The notes beneath the pieces are model-generated. The model ran no database searches. It was not told where the DNA came from and saw only the letters and a program-made list of their open reading frames with translations. Source: Armatimonadota bacterium (GTDB lineage Bacteria > Armatimonadota > SYMT01). Taken from it: a stretch of 64,000 bases of DNA. The stretch is taken from positions 81,039 through 145,038 of the forward strand of contig JBKBRF010000012.1 in the NCBI GenBank assembly GCA_046292385.1, read 5' to 3'. This document shows, piece by piece, positions 9,476-19,243 of this stretch. The position numbers and the translations under genes were made by a program. Within the stretch, counting starts at the first letter, position 1. Every line of letters begins with the position of its first letter.

Positions 9476-10829
9476 CCGCGTCCGGCCGCGCTACCGCTGG
9501 TACCGGCACTGCCTGATCCTCGCCGAAGTCCTCCAGCGGGTAGCGGACGGCGAGATCAAGCGGCTGATGGTCTTCATGCCCCCGCGGCATGGAAAGAGCG
9601 AGCTCGTCTCCCGTCTCTTCACGGCCTACTACCTCTACCGCTTTCCGGACCGCTGGGCCGGCCTCTGCAGCTACGGCGCGGAGCTGGCCTACACTCTCTC
9701 CCGCTCCGCGCGCGAGTTCTACACCCGCAGCGGCGGGCCGCTAGCCAGCGACGCCACTGCGGTCAAGCACTGGGAGACCGGCCGGGGTGGCGGCTTCTGG
9801 GCGGCCGGCGTGGGCGGTCCGATCACCGGTAAGGGGTGGCACCTCGGGGTCATCGATGACCCGATCAAGAACGCGCAGGAGGCGAGCTCCAGCACGATCC
9901 GGGAGACCCAGTGGGACTGGTATGGCTCCGCGTTCTACACCCGGGAAGAGCCGAACGAGAACGATGAGGCGGACGGTGCGCTGATCGTCGTGCAGACCCG
10001 CTGGCACGAGGACGACCTCTCCGGGCGCCTGGTGACCGCGGAGAAGGACGAGGAAGAGGCGGAGCGCTGGCACATCGTCTCCTTCGAGGCGGTGAAGGAT
10101 GAGAACCCTGCCACCTTCCCGGCGGCCTGCACGGTGGAGCCGGACTGGCGAGAACCGGGCGAAGCGCTCTGTCCGGAGCGCCGGCCGCTGGAGAAGCTGA
10201 AGCGGATCCGCCGCGCGGTCGGCGAGTACACGTGGAACGCGCTCTACCAGCAGCAGCCGCGGCCCCGGTCCGGCGGCTTCTTCAAGGTCGGCCTGATCGA
10301 CGTGGTCGACCGGGTGCCGGCGGACGCCGTCCGGGTCCGCTTCTGGGACAAGGCGGCCACTGAAGACGATGGCGACTACACGGTCGGCCTGCTGCTGGCG
10401 AAGGGCGCCGACGGGATCTACTACGTGGAAGACGTGGTCCGCGGGCGCTGGGGACCGCTGGTACGCAACCAGAAGATGCGAGAGACCGCGGAGACAGACG
10501 CGGCCCGCTACGGGAAGCAGGTCCGGATCTGGGTCGAGCAGGAGCCGGGCAGCAGCGGCAAGGACAGCGCGATCGCCAGCGTCCGGCTGCTGGAAGGGTT
10601 CCCGTGCCGCTTTGAAAGGCCGACCGGCGACAAGCAGCTCCGCGCCGACCCGTTCGCCGCCGCGGTCGAGGCCGGCCTGGTGAAGCTCGTCAAAGGGAGC
10701 TGGAACCACCAGGCCTACCTGGATGAGCTCGAAGCTTTCCCGCGCGGAACGCATGACGACCAGGTGGACGCCAGCAGCGGCGCGTTCAACAAGCTCGCTC
10801 CGGAGCAGCGGAAGGTAGTTATCGGCTGA
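9360..10829 (+). CDS. terL: Terminase large subunit (start may be GTG 9423)
   Basis: Walker A MPPRHGKS, IDDPIK, QTRWHEDDL, C-terminal nuclease HDDQVDA. Confidence 0.95.
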   Translation: MKNSRSSNSSSLARRVPTLAAVRAERERRRVLTFKEFVDRVRPRYRWYRHCLILAEVLQRVADGEIKRLMVFMPPRHGKSELVSRLFTAYYLYRFPDRWAGLCSYGAELAYTLSRSAREFYTRSGGPLASDATAVKHWETGRGGGFWAAGVGGPITGKGWHLGVIDDPIKNAQEASSSTIRETQWDWYGSAFYTREEPNENDEADGALIVVQTRWHEDDLSGRLVTAEKDEEEAERWHIVSFEAVKDENPATFPAACTVEPDWREPGEALCPERRPLEKLKRIRRAVGEYTWNALYQQQPRPRSGGFFKVGLIDVVDRVPADAVRVRFWDKAATEDDGDYTVGLLLAKGADGIYYVEDVVRGRWGPLVRNQKMRETAETDAARYGKQVRIWVEQEPGSSGKDSAIASVRLLEGFPCRFERPTGDKQLRADPFAAAVEAGLVKLVKGSWNHQAYLDELEAFPRGTHDDQVDASSGAFNKLAPEQRKVVIG

Positions 10830-13279
10830 TGCGCAACCCCCTGGACCGGTTCGCGGACTGGCTGGCCGTGAAGGCCGCGCAGCGCGTGGTCTCCCGGCTC
10901 CCCTACTCCGGCCGGACCGGCGCGGGCTACGGGGCGCGATTCACGGGGAGCGGCTGGGAGTTTGTCGACTACCTGGCGACCGGTGGCCGGCCGCTGCCGA
11001 TCCAGCCCCACGAGGCCGGCGACCTGCGCCTCAACTCGATCGTGGCGGCGTGCCTCCAGTGGATCTCTACCTCGTGGCCCCAGGCGGTGCCGCAGGTCGG
11101 GACCCTGAACGGCGCGGAGTTCGTGCCGGACAAGAAGCCGCACCCGCTCACGGTGCTGCTCCGGCAGCCGTCGCCGCACTGTAACGGCCGCTGGCTGATC
11201 GCGGCGCTGAACGAGGATTTCTGGTTTCGGGGAAACGCCTACGCCCAGATCATCACCGGGCGCGGCGGGCTCCCGGCGGAGCTGAACTACCTGCCGGCGC
11301 GCAGCTTCACTCCCGTGGGGGATGACAAGGGCTACCTGTCTCACTACCGCTATGAAGCGGGCACGGGGACCTACGAGGTCGACCCGGCGGAGATCCTGCA
11401 CTTCCGGTATGGCATCAGCGATGAGAACCCGCTGGAGGGTGTCTCGCCGCTGCGGTCCGGCTTCCGGGAGATCGTGACCGACAACAGCGCCAGCGACTAC
11501 GCGGCGGGGCTCTTCCGGAACGGAGGGATGCCCCCGGCGCTCCTGACGCCGCGGCTGAACAAGGACGACCTGACGGGCCAGGCGCTTCTCTCCGCGGACG
11601 ATGCGGAGGTGCTGACCAAGCAGCTCTCGGAGAAGATCCGCGCGCAGCCGGGACACCTGCGCTTCATCAGCGCCGCGATGGAGCTGCTGCAGCTCTCCTT
11701 CAAACCCGGGGAGATGGGGCTGGAGATCTGCCGCGAGGAGCCGGAGACGCGCATCCCTGCCCTCTTCGGCATCCCGCCGGTGGTAGTGGGGCTGCGGGCC
11801 GGGACCCTCCGGAGCACCTACAACAACGTGGAGACGGCGTTCCGACAGGCCTGGAATGGCTGCCTTAGCCCACTCCAGGATTACTTCGCGGAGGTCTTCA
11901 CCAACCGGCTCCTGCCGCTCTACCCGGGCAGTGAGGGCAAGGTGGTCCGGTACGACCGCTCCAACGTGGGCGAGCTGCAGCCGGACATGAACGCGCTCCG
12001 GGATCAGGCGCGGAAGGATCACCAGGCGGGGATCATCACGCTGGAGGAGGCGCGCGCCGAAGGCGGCCGCCAGACCGACGAGAAGACCCGGCAGCAGCTC
12101 CAGCAAGAGCGGGAAGAGCGGATGCCGCCGGCGCTGGCGGCCGGGGAAGACCCGAAGCCGGAGCCGGACCCCAAGAAGGACCCGAAGAAGGAGAAGGAGG
12201 GCGACGGGCGCAAGTACCGTGATCCCTTTCGTGTGAAGTCGAGCTCCGAGCTCTGGACCACCCTCGACTCCTTCCGGACGGCCCTGCGGGGACACGAGGA
12301 CTCCGCCGTCGAGCAGATGACGGCGGCTTACGAGACCACGCGGGAGAGCATCCAGGGGAAGCTGGACGCCCTCACCGAGCGGATGGAGCAGGCCGAGGCC
12401 GCCGGAGAGACGATCTCCGAGGCCTGGCTCGCGCAGGAGACCCGATACGAGGAGCTGCTCTCCCAGATCGAGGCCTCACTCTCGGAGCTGGCGGCGGACC
12501 AGGCGGAGCCGCTGGCGGAAGCGCAGCGCGGCGCCGTCACCGCGGCGGCCGACTACGCGCAGGATCTGACGCGGGCGGCGCTGGGAGAGGCTCCCGAGGG
12601 GGTCTCCCTCACCTGGAACCGCCTCTCGAAGGAAGCGCTCGAAGCGTTCGTCGGGTTCGCCGGCGACGGTAGCCCGCTCCATCAGCTCCTGGAAGAGCTG
12701 GGGCCCGACGCCCGGGACCAGGTGAAGGACGCCCTCCTCACCGGGATCGCCGAGGGGCGGAACCCCCGCGCCATCGCCGGCGAGATCTCGAAGGCGCTGG
12801 ACGGCAACCGGGCCCGCGCCCTGACGATCGCCCGCACCGAGGTGCACCGGGCGAGCCGGGAAGCGTCCCGCGAGAGCTACGCCGCCAACAGCGACGTGGT
12901 CGAGGGCTGGACCTGGGTCGCCAAGCTCGACACGGAGACGTGCGCCGGCTGCTGGGCGATGCACGGGAGTCACCACGCGCCGACCCAGATCCTGGACGAT
13001 CACCCGAACGGCCGGTGCGTGATGGTGCCCCGCACGAAGAGCTGGGCCGAGATCCTGGGCGACTCATCCATCCCCGACACCCGGCCGGTGATCCCGACCG
13101 GCGAGAGCGAGTTCCTGAAGCTCTCGGAAGAGCAGCAGAAGGAGATCCTCGGGCCGGGGATGTGGAAGCTCTGGAAGGACGGCAAGGTCCAGTTCAGCGA
13201 CCTGGTCCACCAGGAGACGGATGAGCGCTGGGGCACGATGCGCCGGCCGGCGACCCTAGCCGAGGCGCAGGGAGCGTGA
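10829..13279 (+). CDS. Portal protein fused to MuF/SPP1-gp7-like minor head domain
   Basis: N-half HK97 portal motifs (GNAY, EILHFR, GVSPL, FGIPP); C-half IARTE, WTW, TCAGC, HPNGRC. Confidence 0.88.
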   Translation: MRNPLDRFADWLAVKAAQRVVSRLPYSGRTGAGYGARFTGSGWEFVDYLATGGRPLPIQPHEAGDLRLNSIVAACLQWISTSWPQAVPQVGTLNGAEFVPDKKPHPLTVLLRQPSPHCNGRWLIAALNEDFWFRGNAYAQIITGRGGLPAELNYLPARSFTPVGDDKGYLSHYRYEAGTGTYEVDPAEILHFRYGISDENPLEGVSPLRSGFREIVTDNSASDYAAGLFRNGGMPPALLTPRLNKDDLTGQALLSADDAEVLTKQLSEKIRAQPGHLRFISAAMELLQLSFKPGEMGLEICREEPETRIPALFGIPPVVVGLRAGTLRSTYNNVETAFRQAWNGCLSPLQDYFAEVFTNRLLPLYPGSEGKVVRYDRSNVGELQPDMNALRDQARKDHQAGIITLEEARAEGGRQTDEKTRQQLQQEREERMPPALAAGEDPKPEPDPKKDPKKEKEGDGRKYRDPFRVKSSSELWTTLDSFRTALRGHEDSAVEQMTAAYETTRESIQGKLDALTERMEQAEAAGETISEAWLAQETRYEELLSQIEASLSELAADQAEPLAEAQRGAVTAAADYAQDLTRAALGEAPEGVSLTWNRLSKEALEAFVGFAGDGSPLHQLLEELGPDARDQVKDALLTGIAEGRNPRAIAGEISKALDGNRARALTIARTEVHRASREASRESYAANSDVVEGWTWVAKLDTETCAGCWAMHGSHHAPTQILDDHPNGRCVMVPRTKSWAEILGDSSIPDTRPVIPTGESEFLKLSEEQQKEILGPGMWKLWKDGKVQFSDLVHQETDERWGTMRRPATLAEAQGA

Positions 13280-13297
13280 TAGATCGACGCATCTCCC

Positions 13298-14098
13298 TTA
13301 CTGAGGAGAGCGAGTGAGCGGCCCAACGGGCTCGTGGTGAAGTACAACTCGGGCGTTGTCCCCGAGGTGACGGATCAGGATCGCACGGCCGAAGTGTCGC
13401 TTCGAGCGCGCCAAGGGTGCGCACATCATCTTGTCGCTATAGACCCGCAGCACCACTCGCTCCGGATTACCAGGAACGACTAGGTAGGACCGAGTCAACG
13501 CCGCCTCAGCCGCGCCATGGATTAGCCCGTAGCTCGTCGTCAGGGCGAGGATGCTAAATGCTAGCGTGGGGAGTCTCCACCGGTCCCACCGGCGAAGGGC
13601 TGACGAAAGATCCGGGGCACGACTCAGGTAAAGTGGAGGCGCGATCAGCACGGCGATGAGGGCGGCGAGCGAAAGCAGCAAGTGCCATTGGAGAGTTCCC
13701 ATGAAGTAGGCGCCGACGCCGGATAAGACCAGGACGTACACCGCTGTCAATCTGAGCATTCCCATAAACGCTCGCTGCACCTCTCGTCGCCAGTTAACGT
13801 TCAGCTCGCGCGCTTGCTTGATCAGCAGCTCACGTAGGCTCTCCTCCGGGCCCGGGATCACCAGCATCAGCGGCAGGGAGATAAGGCCGAAGAAGAGGAG
13901 CGGAAGCAGCGAGCGAAACACTTCGCCCGGTCCGATGACAATGAACTCTACCGGCACTCCGTATGCCGTGCAGGCGCCGATCTCTCGCGTAAGGGCAACG
14001 AAGTAGGCCGCGACGCTGAGGGCGACCGGCAGCACGGCCGCAACCAGGCTGTCCGGTAGTATCCATTGCCGATCTGGTGTGTGTTGGCTCTGTTCCAT
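13298..14098 (-). CDS. Multi-pass membrane protein (moron inside head module)
   Basis: About five hydrophobic segments; opposite strand between portal and protease. Confidence 0.65.
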   Translation of the reverse strand: MEQSQHTPDRQWILPDSLVAAVLPVALSVAAYFVALTREIGACTAYGVPVEFIVIGPGEVFRSLLPLLFFGLISLPLMLVIPGPEESLRELLIKQARELNVNWRREVQRAFMGMLRLTAVYVLVLSGVGAYFMGTLQWHLLLSLAALIAVLIAPPLYLSRAPDLSSALRRWDRWRLPTLAFSILALTTSYGLIHGAAEAALTRSYLVVPGNPERVVLRVYSDKMMCAPLARSKRHFGRAILIRHLGDNARVVLHHEPVGPLTRSPQ

Positions 14099-14238
14099 CG
14101 TTCGCACAGGTCGCCCCGCGATCAAGATGAGCATTACGGGCTCTCGACGCTAGGCAACCACTTTACTGAACAACGGGCCGGTTCCTCCGGGAACCGGCCT
14201 TTTGCATGGTTGCCGTGTGGCGACCGCCGAGAGGCACG

Positions 14239-14970
14239 ATGCAGCTTCAATACAAATCTTTCGAGTTCAAAGCCGCGGGCGAGGGCTTGGCCGACGGCGA
14301 GTTCGCCGGCTACGGCAGCGTCTTCAAGGTGGTCGACACCTACGGCGACATCATGGGGCCCGGCGCCTTTAGCAAAACGCTGGACTTCTTCCTGGAGAAC
14401 GGGCAGGTCCAGTGGCAGCACCGGATGAGCCAGCCGATCGGGAAGCCGATCGAGGCCCGGGAAGACGCCAAGGGCCTCTGGGTCAAGGGCAAGATCTCCG
14501 ACACCGCGATGGGCCGCGACGCCCTGACGCTGGTGCGGGATGGCGTCGTCCGGAAGCTCTCCATCGGCTTCGTCACCAAGGGCTACGAGGTGCTCTCCGA
14601 GAGCCGGGCCCGGGAGATCCTCGGCGACGCCGGCTACGAAGAGGCGATCAAAGCGCTGCCCTGGTGGGTGGACGAGCTCCGCCTCATCACCGAGGTCAAG
14701 CTCTACGAGGTCTCTCTGGTGAGCTTCCCCGCCAACGAACAGGCGGAGATCGTCTCCGTGAAGGCCGCGCCGGATGGCCGGCTGCCGGAGACGGAGCGAC
14801 AGTTGGAGCGGTTCCTGCGGGATGCAGGGTTCAGCCGCAAAGCCGCGGTGGCGATTGCCAGCCACGGCTTCAAGGGGCTCCAGCGGGATGCTGCGGGCGA
14901 GCGTGAAGACGACACGAACGGAGTTCTGGACGCGCTGAAGCGCGCCGAGCTGGCGCTCCAGGCATCCTGA
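14239..14970 (+). CDS. HK97-family prohead protease
   Basis: FAGYGSVF, WQH, PIG, LSIGF, LYEVSLVSFPAN. Confidence 0.93.
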   Translation: MQLQYKSFEFKAAGEGLADGEFAGYGSVFKVVDTYGDIMGPGAFSKTLDFFLENGQVQWQHRMSQPIGKPIEAREDAKGLWVKGKISDTAMGRDALTLVRDGVVRKLSIGFVTKGYEVLSESRAREILGDAGYEEAIKALPWWVDELRLITEVKLYEVSLVSFPANEQAEIVSVKAAPDGRLPETERQLERFLRDAGFSRKAAVAIASHGFKGLQRDAAGEREDDTNGVLDALKRAELALQAS

Positions 14971-14983
14971 CAAGGAGCAATGC

Positions 14984-16198
14984 ATGAGTGAAGTGATGAC
15001 CGCTATCGAGCGGATCGCCACGGGGTTTGAGGAGTTCAAGCGAACGAACGACGAGCGCCTCAAGCAGATCGAGACCCGCGGCAAGGCGGACCCGCTGCTG
15101 GAAGAGAAGCTCGACCGCATCAACGCCGACCTCGACCGGCTGCAGGAGATGCTCCAGAAGGGCCAGCGCCTCCCCCTCCCCGGCTCCGATGGCCGTGAGC
15201 AGAAGGGCCTCACCGCGGAGCAGCTCGAGCACAAGACCGGCTACCTGAAGTTCCTCCGCAAGGGGAACGAGGACGGCCTGCGCGACCTCGAAGCGAAGGC
15301 GATGAGCGTCGGCAGCGACCCGGACGGCGGTTACCTGGTGCCGGCGGATATGACGGGCCGGATCGTGACGAAGGTCTACGAAACCAGCCCGATGCGCCAG
15401 TACGCGCAGGTGGACACCACCAGCTCGGACACCTACGGCGGCCCCACCGATCTGGATGAGGCCGGCGCGGGCTGGGTGGGCGAAACCGAGGACCGGGACG
15501 AGACCGACACCCCCGAGATCGGGGAGTGGAGCTTCCCGATCCACGAGATCTACGCGGAGCCGCGGCAGACCCAGAAGTTCCTGGACGACGCCGCCTCCAA
15601 CGTGGAGGAGTGGCTCGCCCGGAAGCTGGCGGACAAGTTCGCCCGCACCGAGAACGCTGCGTTCATCAACGGCAACGGCGTCAAGAAGCCGCGCGGCCTC
15701 TTCTCCTATGAGACGCTGGCCACCGGTGACGGCGTCCGCGCCTGGAAGAAGATGGAGCACGTGCTCACCGGCGCCGCGGGCGACTTCGCGGCGGCCGATC
15801 CGGGTGACGTGCTCTTCGACGTGGTCGGCGCCCTCAAGGCAGCCTACCGCCAGGGCGCGGTGTGGGTGTGCAACCGCAGCGTGGTCACCAAGGTCCGGAA
15901 GTTCAAGGACCAGAATGACCAATACTTGTGGCAGCCGTCCCTCCAGGTCGGCCAGCCGCAGACCCTGCTCGGCTTCCCGATCGCGGAGATGGAGGACGTC
16001 CCGGCGCTCGCGAATGGCTCGCTCTCGATGGGCTTCGGCAACATCAAGATCGCCTACCAGATCGCGGACCGGATCGGCATCCGTACCCTGCGCGACCCGT
16101 TCACCAAGAAGGGCTGGGTGAAGTTCTACACCACCAAGCGCGTCGGCGCGGACGTGGTGAACTTCGAGGCGTTCAAGTTCCTGAAGTTCGGCGCCTAA
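14984..16198 (+). CDS. HK97-family major capsid protein
   Basis: DGGYLVP, AFINGNG, YLWQPS, TLLGFPI; N-terminal coiled delta domain; RBS AAGGAG. Confidence 0.95.
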   Translation: MSEVMTAIERIATGFEEFKRTNDERLKQIETRGKADPLLEEKLDRINADLDRLQEMLQKGQRLPLPGSDGREQKGLTAEQLEHKTGYLKFLRKGNEDGLRDLEAKAMSVGSDPDGGYLVPADMTGRIVTKVYETSPMRQYAQVDTTSSDTYGGPTDLDEAGAGWVGETEDRDETDTPEIGEWSFPIHEIYAEPRQTQKFLDDAASNVEEWLARKLADKFARTENAAFINGNGVKKPRGLFSYETLATGDGVRAWKKMEHVLTGAAGDFAAADPGDVLFDVVGALKAAYRQGAVWVCNRSVVTKVRKFKDQNDQYLWQPSLQVGQPQTLLGFPIAEMEDVPALANGSLSMGFGNIKIAYQIADRIGIRTLRDPFTKKGWVKFYTTKRVGADVVNFEAFKFLKFGA

Positions 16199-16225
16199 CC
16201 GCGCGGACAGCCTGACCAGAGCTAC

Positions 16226-16262
16226 GGGGCCGGGTTATGCCACGTGGCATAATTCCGGCCCC
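16226..16262. repeat. Dispersed palindrome copy 3 (core 16235-16252) inside GGGGCCGG/CCGGCCCC arms
   Basis: GGGGCCGGG-TTATGCCACGTGGCATAA-TTCCGGCCCC. Confidence 0.97.
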
Positions 16263-16291
16263 TTCGTCGTTCCGGTCCGGCGGAGACCAAG

Positions 16292-16702
16292 ATGAGAGAT
16301 CTACACAATAACATCGGGGTCCGGCGCGCGCTCAGCCCCGTCTCCGTAGCCGACAACACCCCCCAGGTCTCGGAGATCGTCGATCGGCAGGGCTTCGAGA
16401 GCCTGGAGTTCCTGATCTCGATCGGGGCCGTAGGCGACGCTGATGCGACCTTCACGGTCCTGGTGGAGCACGGCGACGAGGCCAACCTCTCGGACGCGGC
16501 GGCCGTGCCGGATGACCAACTCCTGGGCACCGAGGCCGAGGCCGGCTTCCAGTTCGACGACGATAACGAGGTCCGGAAGATCGGCTACCGCGGCTACAAG
16601 CGGTACGTCCGTCTCACCATCACCCCCGTGAACAACGCGGCGGCTGCCCTGCTCTCTGCGGTGGCGGTACTGAGCCACGCGTCGGTACGTCCGGTCGCCT
16701 AA
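16292..16702 (+). CDS. Capsid-associated (decoration-like) protein
   Basis: Follows the capsid gene; beta-rich, GYKRYVRL. Confidence 0.7.
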   Translation: MRDLHNNIGVRRALSPVSVADNTPQVSEIVDRQGFESLEFLISIGAVGDADATFTVLVEHGDEANLSDAAAVPDDQLLGTEAEAGFQFDDDNEVRKIGYRGYKRYVRLTITPVNNAAAALLSAVAVLSHASVRPVA

Positions 16703-16751
16703 CGGCGGCGCTTTTCCCCTGGGCCGGGGGTAACCGGTCCACCCCTTTTCT

Positions 16752-17237
16752 ATGCTCACCCTCCAGCAGGCCGTCAGCCGGCTCCGGATGCTCGTCTCCG
16801 CGGAGACCGATCCGGAGCTTACGGACGCGGAGCTGCGCGCGATCGTGGCGATGCAGGAGCGCGCCACGGTCTGGACCGCAGAGACGGCCTACCAGGTGGG
16901 CGACCGCGTCATCCCTACCGGGCCGAACGGCCGGGTCTACGTGTGCCGCACCGCCGGCACCAGCGACGCCATCGAGCCGGACTTCGGTGAGGCCGGGGAC
17001 CACTTCCTCGGGCGCCTGGTAGACGACGGCACGGAGCTGGAGTGGCAGGACGGTGGGCCGATGTTCGCGGAGCGCTTCGACCTGCGGGCTGCCTGCCACG
17101 AGGCGTGGATGCTCAAGGCCGCGAAGTGCTCGGACCGCAGCTACTTGGCCAGTGGCGGCCAGATGTTCAGCCGCCAGCAGGTGCACGAGCACTGCCTAAA
17201 GATGGCGGCGCGGTATACGCCGCTCATGATCGCGTGA
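16752..17237 (+). CDS. Head-tail connector-like protein with inserted carbohydrate-binding-like segment
   Basis: RLRMLV...LTDAEL and DLRAACHEAWMLKA flank WTAETAYQVGDRV...VYVC. Confidence 0.65.
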   Translation: MLTLQQAVSRLRMLVSAETDPELTDAELRAIVAMQERATVWTAETAYQVGDRVIPTGPNGRVYVCRTAGTSDAIEPDFGEAGDHFLGRLVDDGTELEWQDGGPMFAERFDLRAACHEAWMLKAAKCSDRSYLASGGQMFSRQQVHEHCLKMAARYTPLMIA

Positions 17238-17246
17238 GAGGAATCT

Positions 17247-17492
17247 ATGCAGCCCGGATTCTCGTTCAAACACCACAGCCGCGAGCAGGCGGAAGAGCTC
17301 TGGAAGGCGATGCTCGCCAACGTGGAGCGACAGGCGATGGAGTGCTACGCCAACGGCGTGATGCACCCCAACGACAAGCAGCTCAAGCAGGCCGCGGAAG
17401 GCGCACAGGCGCAGCTCCGCCGCCTCGAGGCGGAGTATGAGCGCTGGCAGGCGGAGAACCCCGCGCCGGCGCCGCCCGCACCCGAAGCCTGA
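17247..17492 (+). CDS. Hypothetical phage protein
   Basis: Operonic ORF with GAGGA RBS. Confidence 0.6.
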   Translation: MQPGFSFKHHSREQAEELWKAMLANVERQAMECYANGVMHPNDKQLKQAAEGAQAQLRRLEAEYERWQAENPAPAPPAPEA

Positions 17493-17512
17493 TCCCGTAA
17501 ACCGGAGTCGCT

Positions 17513-18598
17513 ATGTTTGGCAAGATCCTGGTCCGTCTGTCCGAGCTACGTGAGTGGGAGATCCCCACCGCGCCGGCCGCGGACGCCACCAAAGCGCGTC
17601 TGCTCCTCGGGGCCGCGCTGGCGGCGGGCAGCGCGCAGGGGACCTGGCTCGGCATCAATGCGGCGGGCGGGTTCAGCGGCAACCTGATCGATTACCAGGT
17701 CGGCGGCTCCCGCCGAATGGTGCTCACTGCCGCGGGCCGGCTGGGTCTCGGAGACACTCCGGACGCGCTGCTTTCGATTGCCGTTGGCAACAACAATACC
17801 GGGCTGTTCCGGTTGCAGCATCCGAGTTCCAACTTCGACTTCGCCCTGTCTGCGTTCCAGAGCGCGACCGAACTGGCGGTGGTCCTCGGGAACAACGCCT
17901 ACATCAATAGCACAGGCACGGCGTTTCCGCAGTTCGACGCCACGCGCACCTCCGCCTTTATTGCGCTCAACAATACCGGGTCGAGTGTCTCCGGCAACCA
18001 GGGCATCTTCTTCGGATGCGTGCCGGTGGCGGCCGGAACAAGCACCTATTTTGGAGTGATGGGCCAGAACGCCAGCAGCCACTTCAAGGGTGTGTTGGGT
18101 GGGTCGGGGATCAACAACATCGCCGCCTGGAACAGCATCCTGCAGATCAAAGGACCGGCCAACGCGATAGTCTCGCTCTACGACACTACCAGCAGCGTTG
18201 GACATGATCTCGCCTGCACGGGCGGTGAGTTCGCGATCTACCGGCAGGACACCACCTCGGGCTACCGGCTGCGGATCGACACTAGCGGGCGCTGGACCTT
18301 TAACAACAACAGCGTCGTTACCACCGACGCGTATCATTTCCGGTGGACCAACATCGCTCTGGCAGGGATAGTGCTGAACGCTCCCAGCGGGCAGACTGCC
18401 GACCTCGCGCAATTGAAGGTGAATGGCACGACCGTGTTCCGGGTTTTCTCCTCTGGAAAGGCTACCGCGACAGGCGGTATTGGCGTGGGAAACTCTGCGG
18501 CGGCGACCACGCTGGGCACCCTAACGAAGAAGATGGAAGTATTTGACGCGGCCGGGAGCAGTCTGGGCTTCGTGCCGATTTACGACGCGATCACTTAA
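17513..18598 (+). CDS. Fibre/spike-like structural protein
   Basis: Gly/Asn/Thr-rich; RMVLTAAGRLGLG and RLRIDTSG resemble beta-helix fibre repeats. Confidence 0.65.
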   Translation: MFGKILVRLSELREWEIPTAPAADATKARLLLGAALAAGSAQGTWLGINAAGGFSGNLIDYQVGGSRRMVLTAAGRLGLGDTPDALLSIAVGNNNTGLFRLQHPSSNFDFALSAFQSATELAVVLGNNAYINSTGTAFPQFDATRTSAFIALNNTGSSVSGNQGIFFGCVPVAAGTSTYFGVMGQNASSHFKGVLGGSGINNIAAWNSILQIKGPANAIVSLYDTTSSVGHDLACTGGEFAIYRQDTTSGYRLRIDTSGRWTFNNNSVVTTDAYHFRWTNIALAGIVLNAPSGQTADLAQLKVNGTTVFRVFSSGKATATGGIGVGNSAAATTLGTLTKKMEVFDAAGSSLGFVPIYDAIT

Positions 18599-18608
18599 GG
18601 GGACCATC

Positions 18609-19004
18609 ATGCCCATCTTGCCTTTCGTCCCGAAAGAGACCGCGCCCGTGCCGGTAGAGGCGCAGATGAAGCTCATGGACGTGCGGCGTAGCACCCCGAA
18701 CGATCCGGGACACTTCGCGATCGTCCTGCAGCCGGTGGACGCGGACGGGAACTGGGACGAGAGCTACCGGGTGCAGAAGCTGATTGCCCGCAACAACCGC
18801 GGCGCGGAGGACCCGAACGCGGCCAGCATCGCGGACGACATTCGCGCCGCCCTGCTGGGGGCGCAGGTGCTGTCGAGCGAGGCGGTCTCCCGCCTGGAGG
18901 CGCTCACCGGACTGACCCTGGTCGGCATGTCCTACCAGGAGTTCGGGGAGACCCTGATGGGAGTGCTGGGGCAGCAGGGTCTGCTGGAAGTGCAGCAGGG
19001 GTAG
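18609..19004 (+). CDS. Hypothetical phage protein
   Basis: RBS AAGGGGA; directly after the fibre-like gene. Confidence 0.65.
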   Translation: MPILPFVPKETAPVPVEAQMKLMDVRRSTPNDPGHFAIVLQPVDADGNWDESYRVQKLIARNNRGAEDPNAASIADDIRAALLGAQVLSSEAVSRLEALTGLTLVGMSYQEFGETLMGVLGQQGLLEVQQG

Positions 19005-19012
19005 GCACGGCG

Positions 19013-19240
19013 ATGGACGGCGATCACAAGCCGGACGTGGCGGGCACCCTGCTCGCTGGCGCGGCGGCGGCGGTCTTCACCGGCTGCGCCGTGCCTCTGG
19101 CGTACGAAGCCTACGCCCTCCACCAGGGCAAGAAGCCGATCACCGAGTTCGTGCGCGAAGAGGCGCGCGAGAGACCCCGCCTCACCCTCGTCTCCGGCAC
19201 GATCATCGGCCTCGTACTCGGTCACTTCTACTGGCACTGA
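19013..19240 (+). CDS. Small two-TM membrane protein (holin-like candidate)
   Basis: Two hydrophobic stretches in 75 aa. Confidence 0.55.
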   Translation: MDGDHKPDVAGTLLAGAAAAVFTGCAVPLAYEAYALHQGKKPITEFVREEARERPRLTLVSGTIIGLVLGHFYWH

Positions 19241-19243
19241 TCC

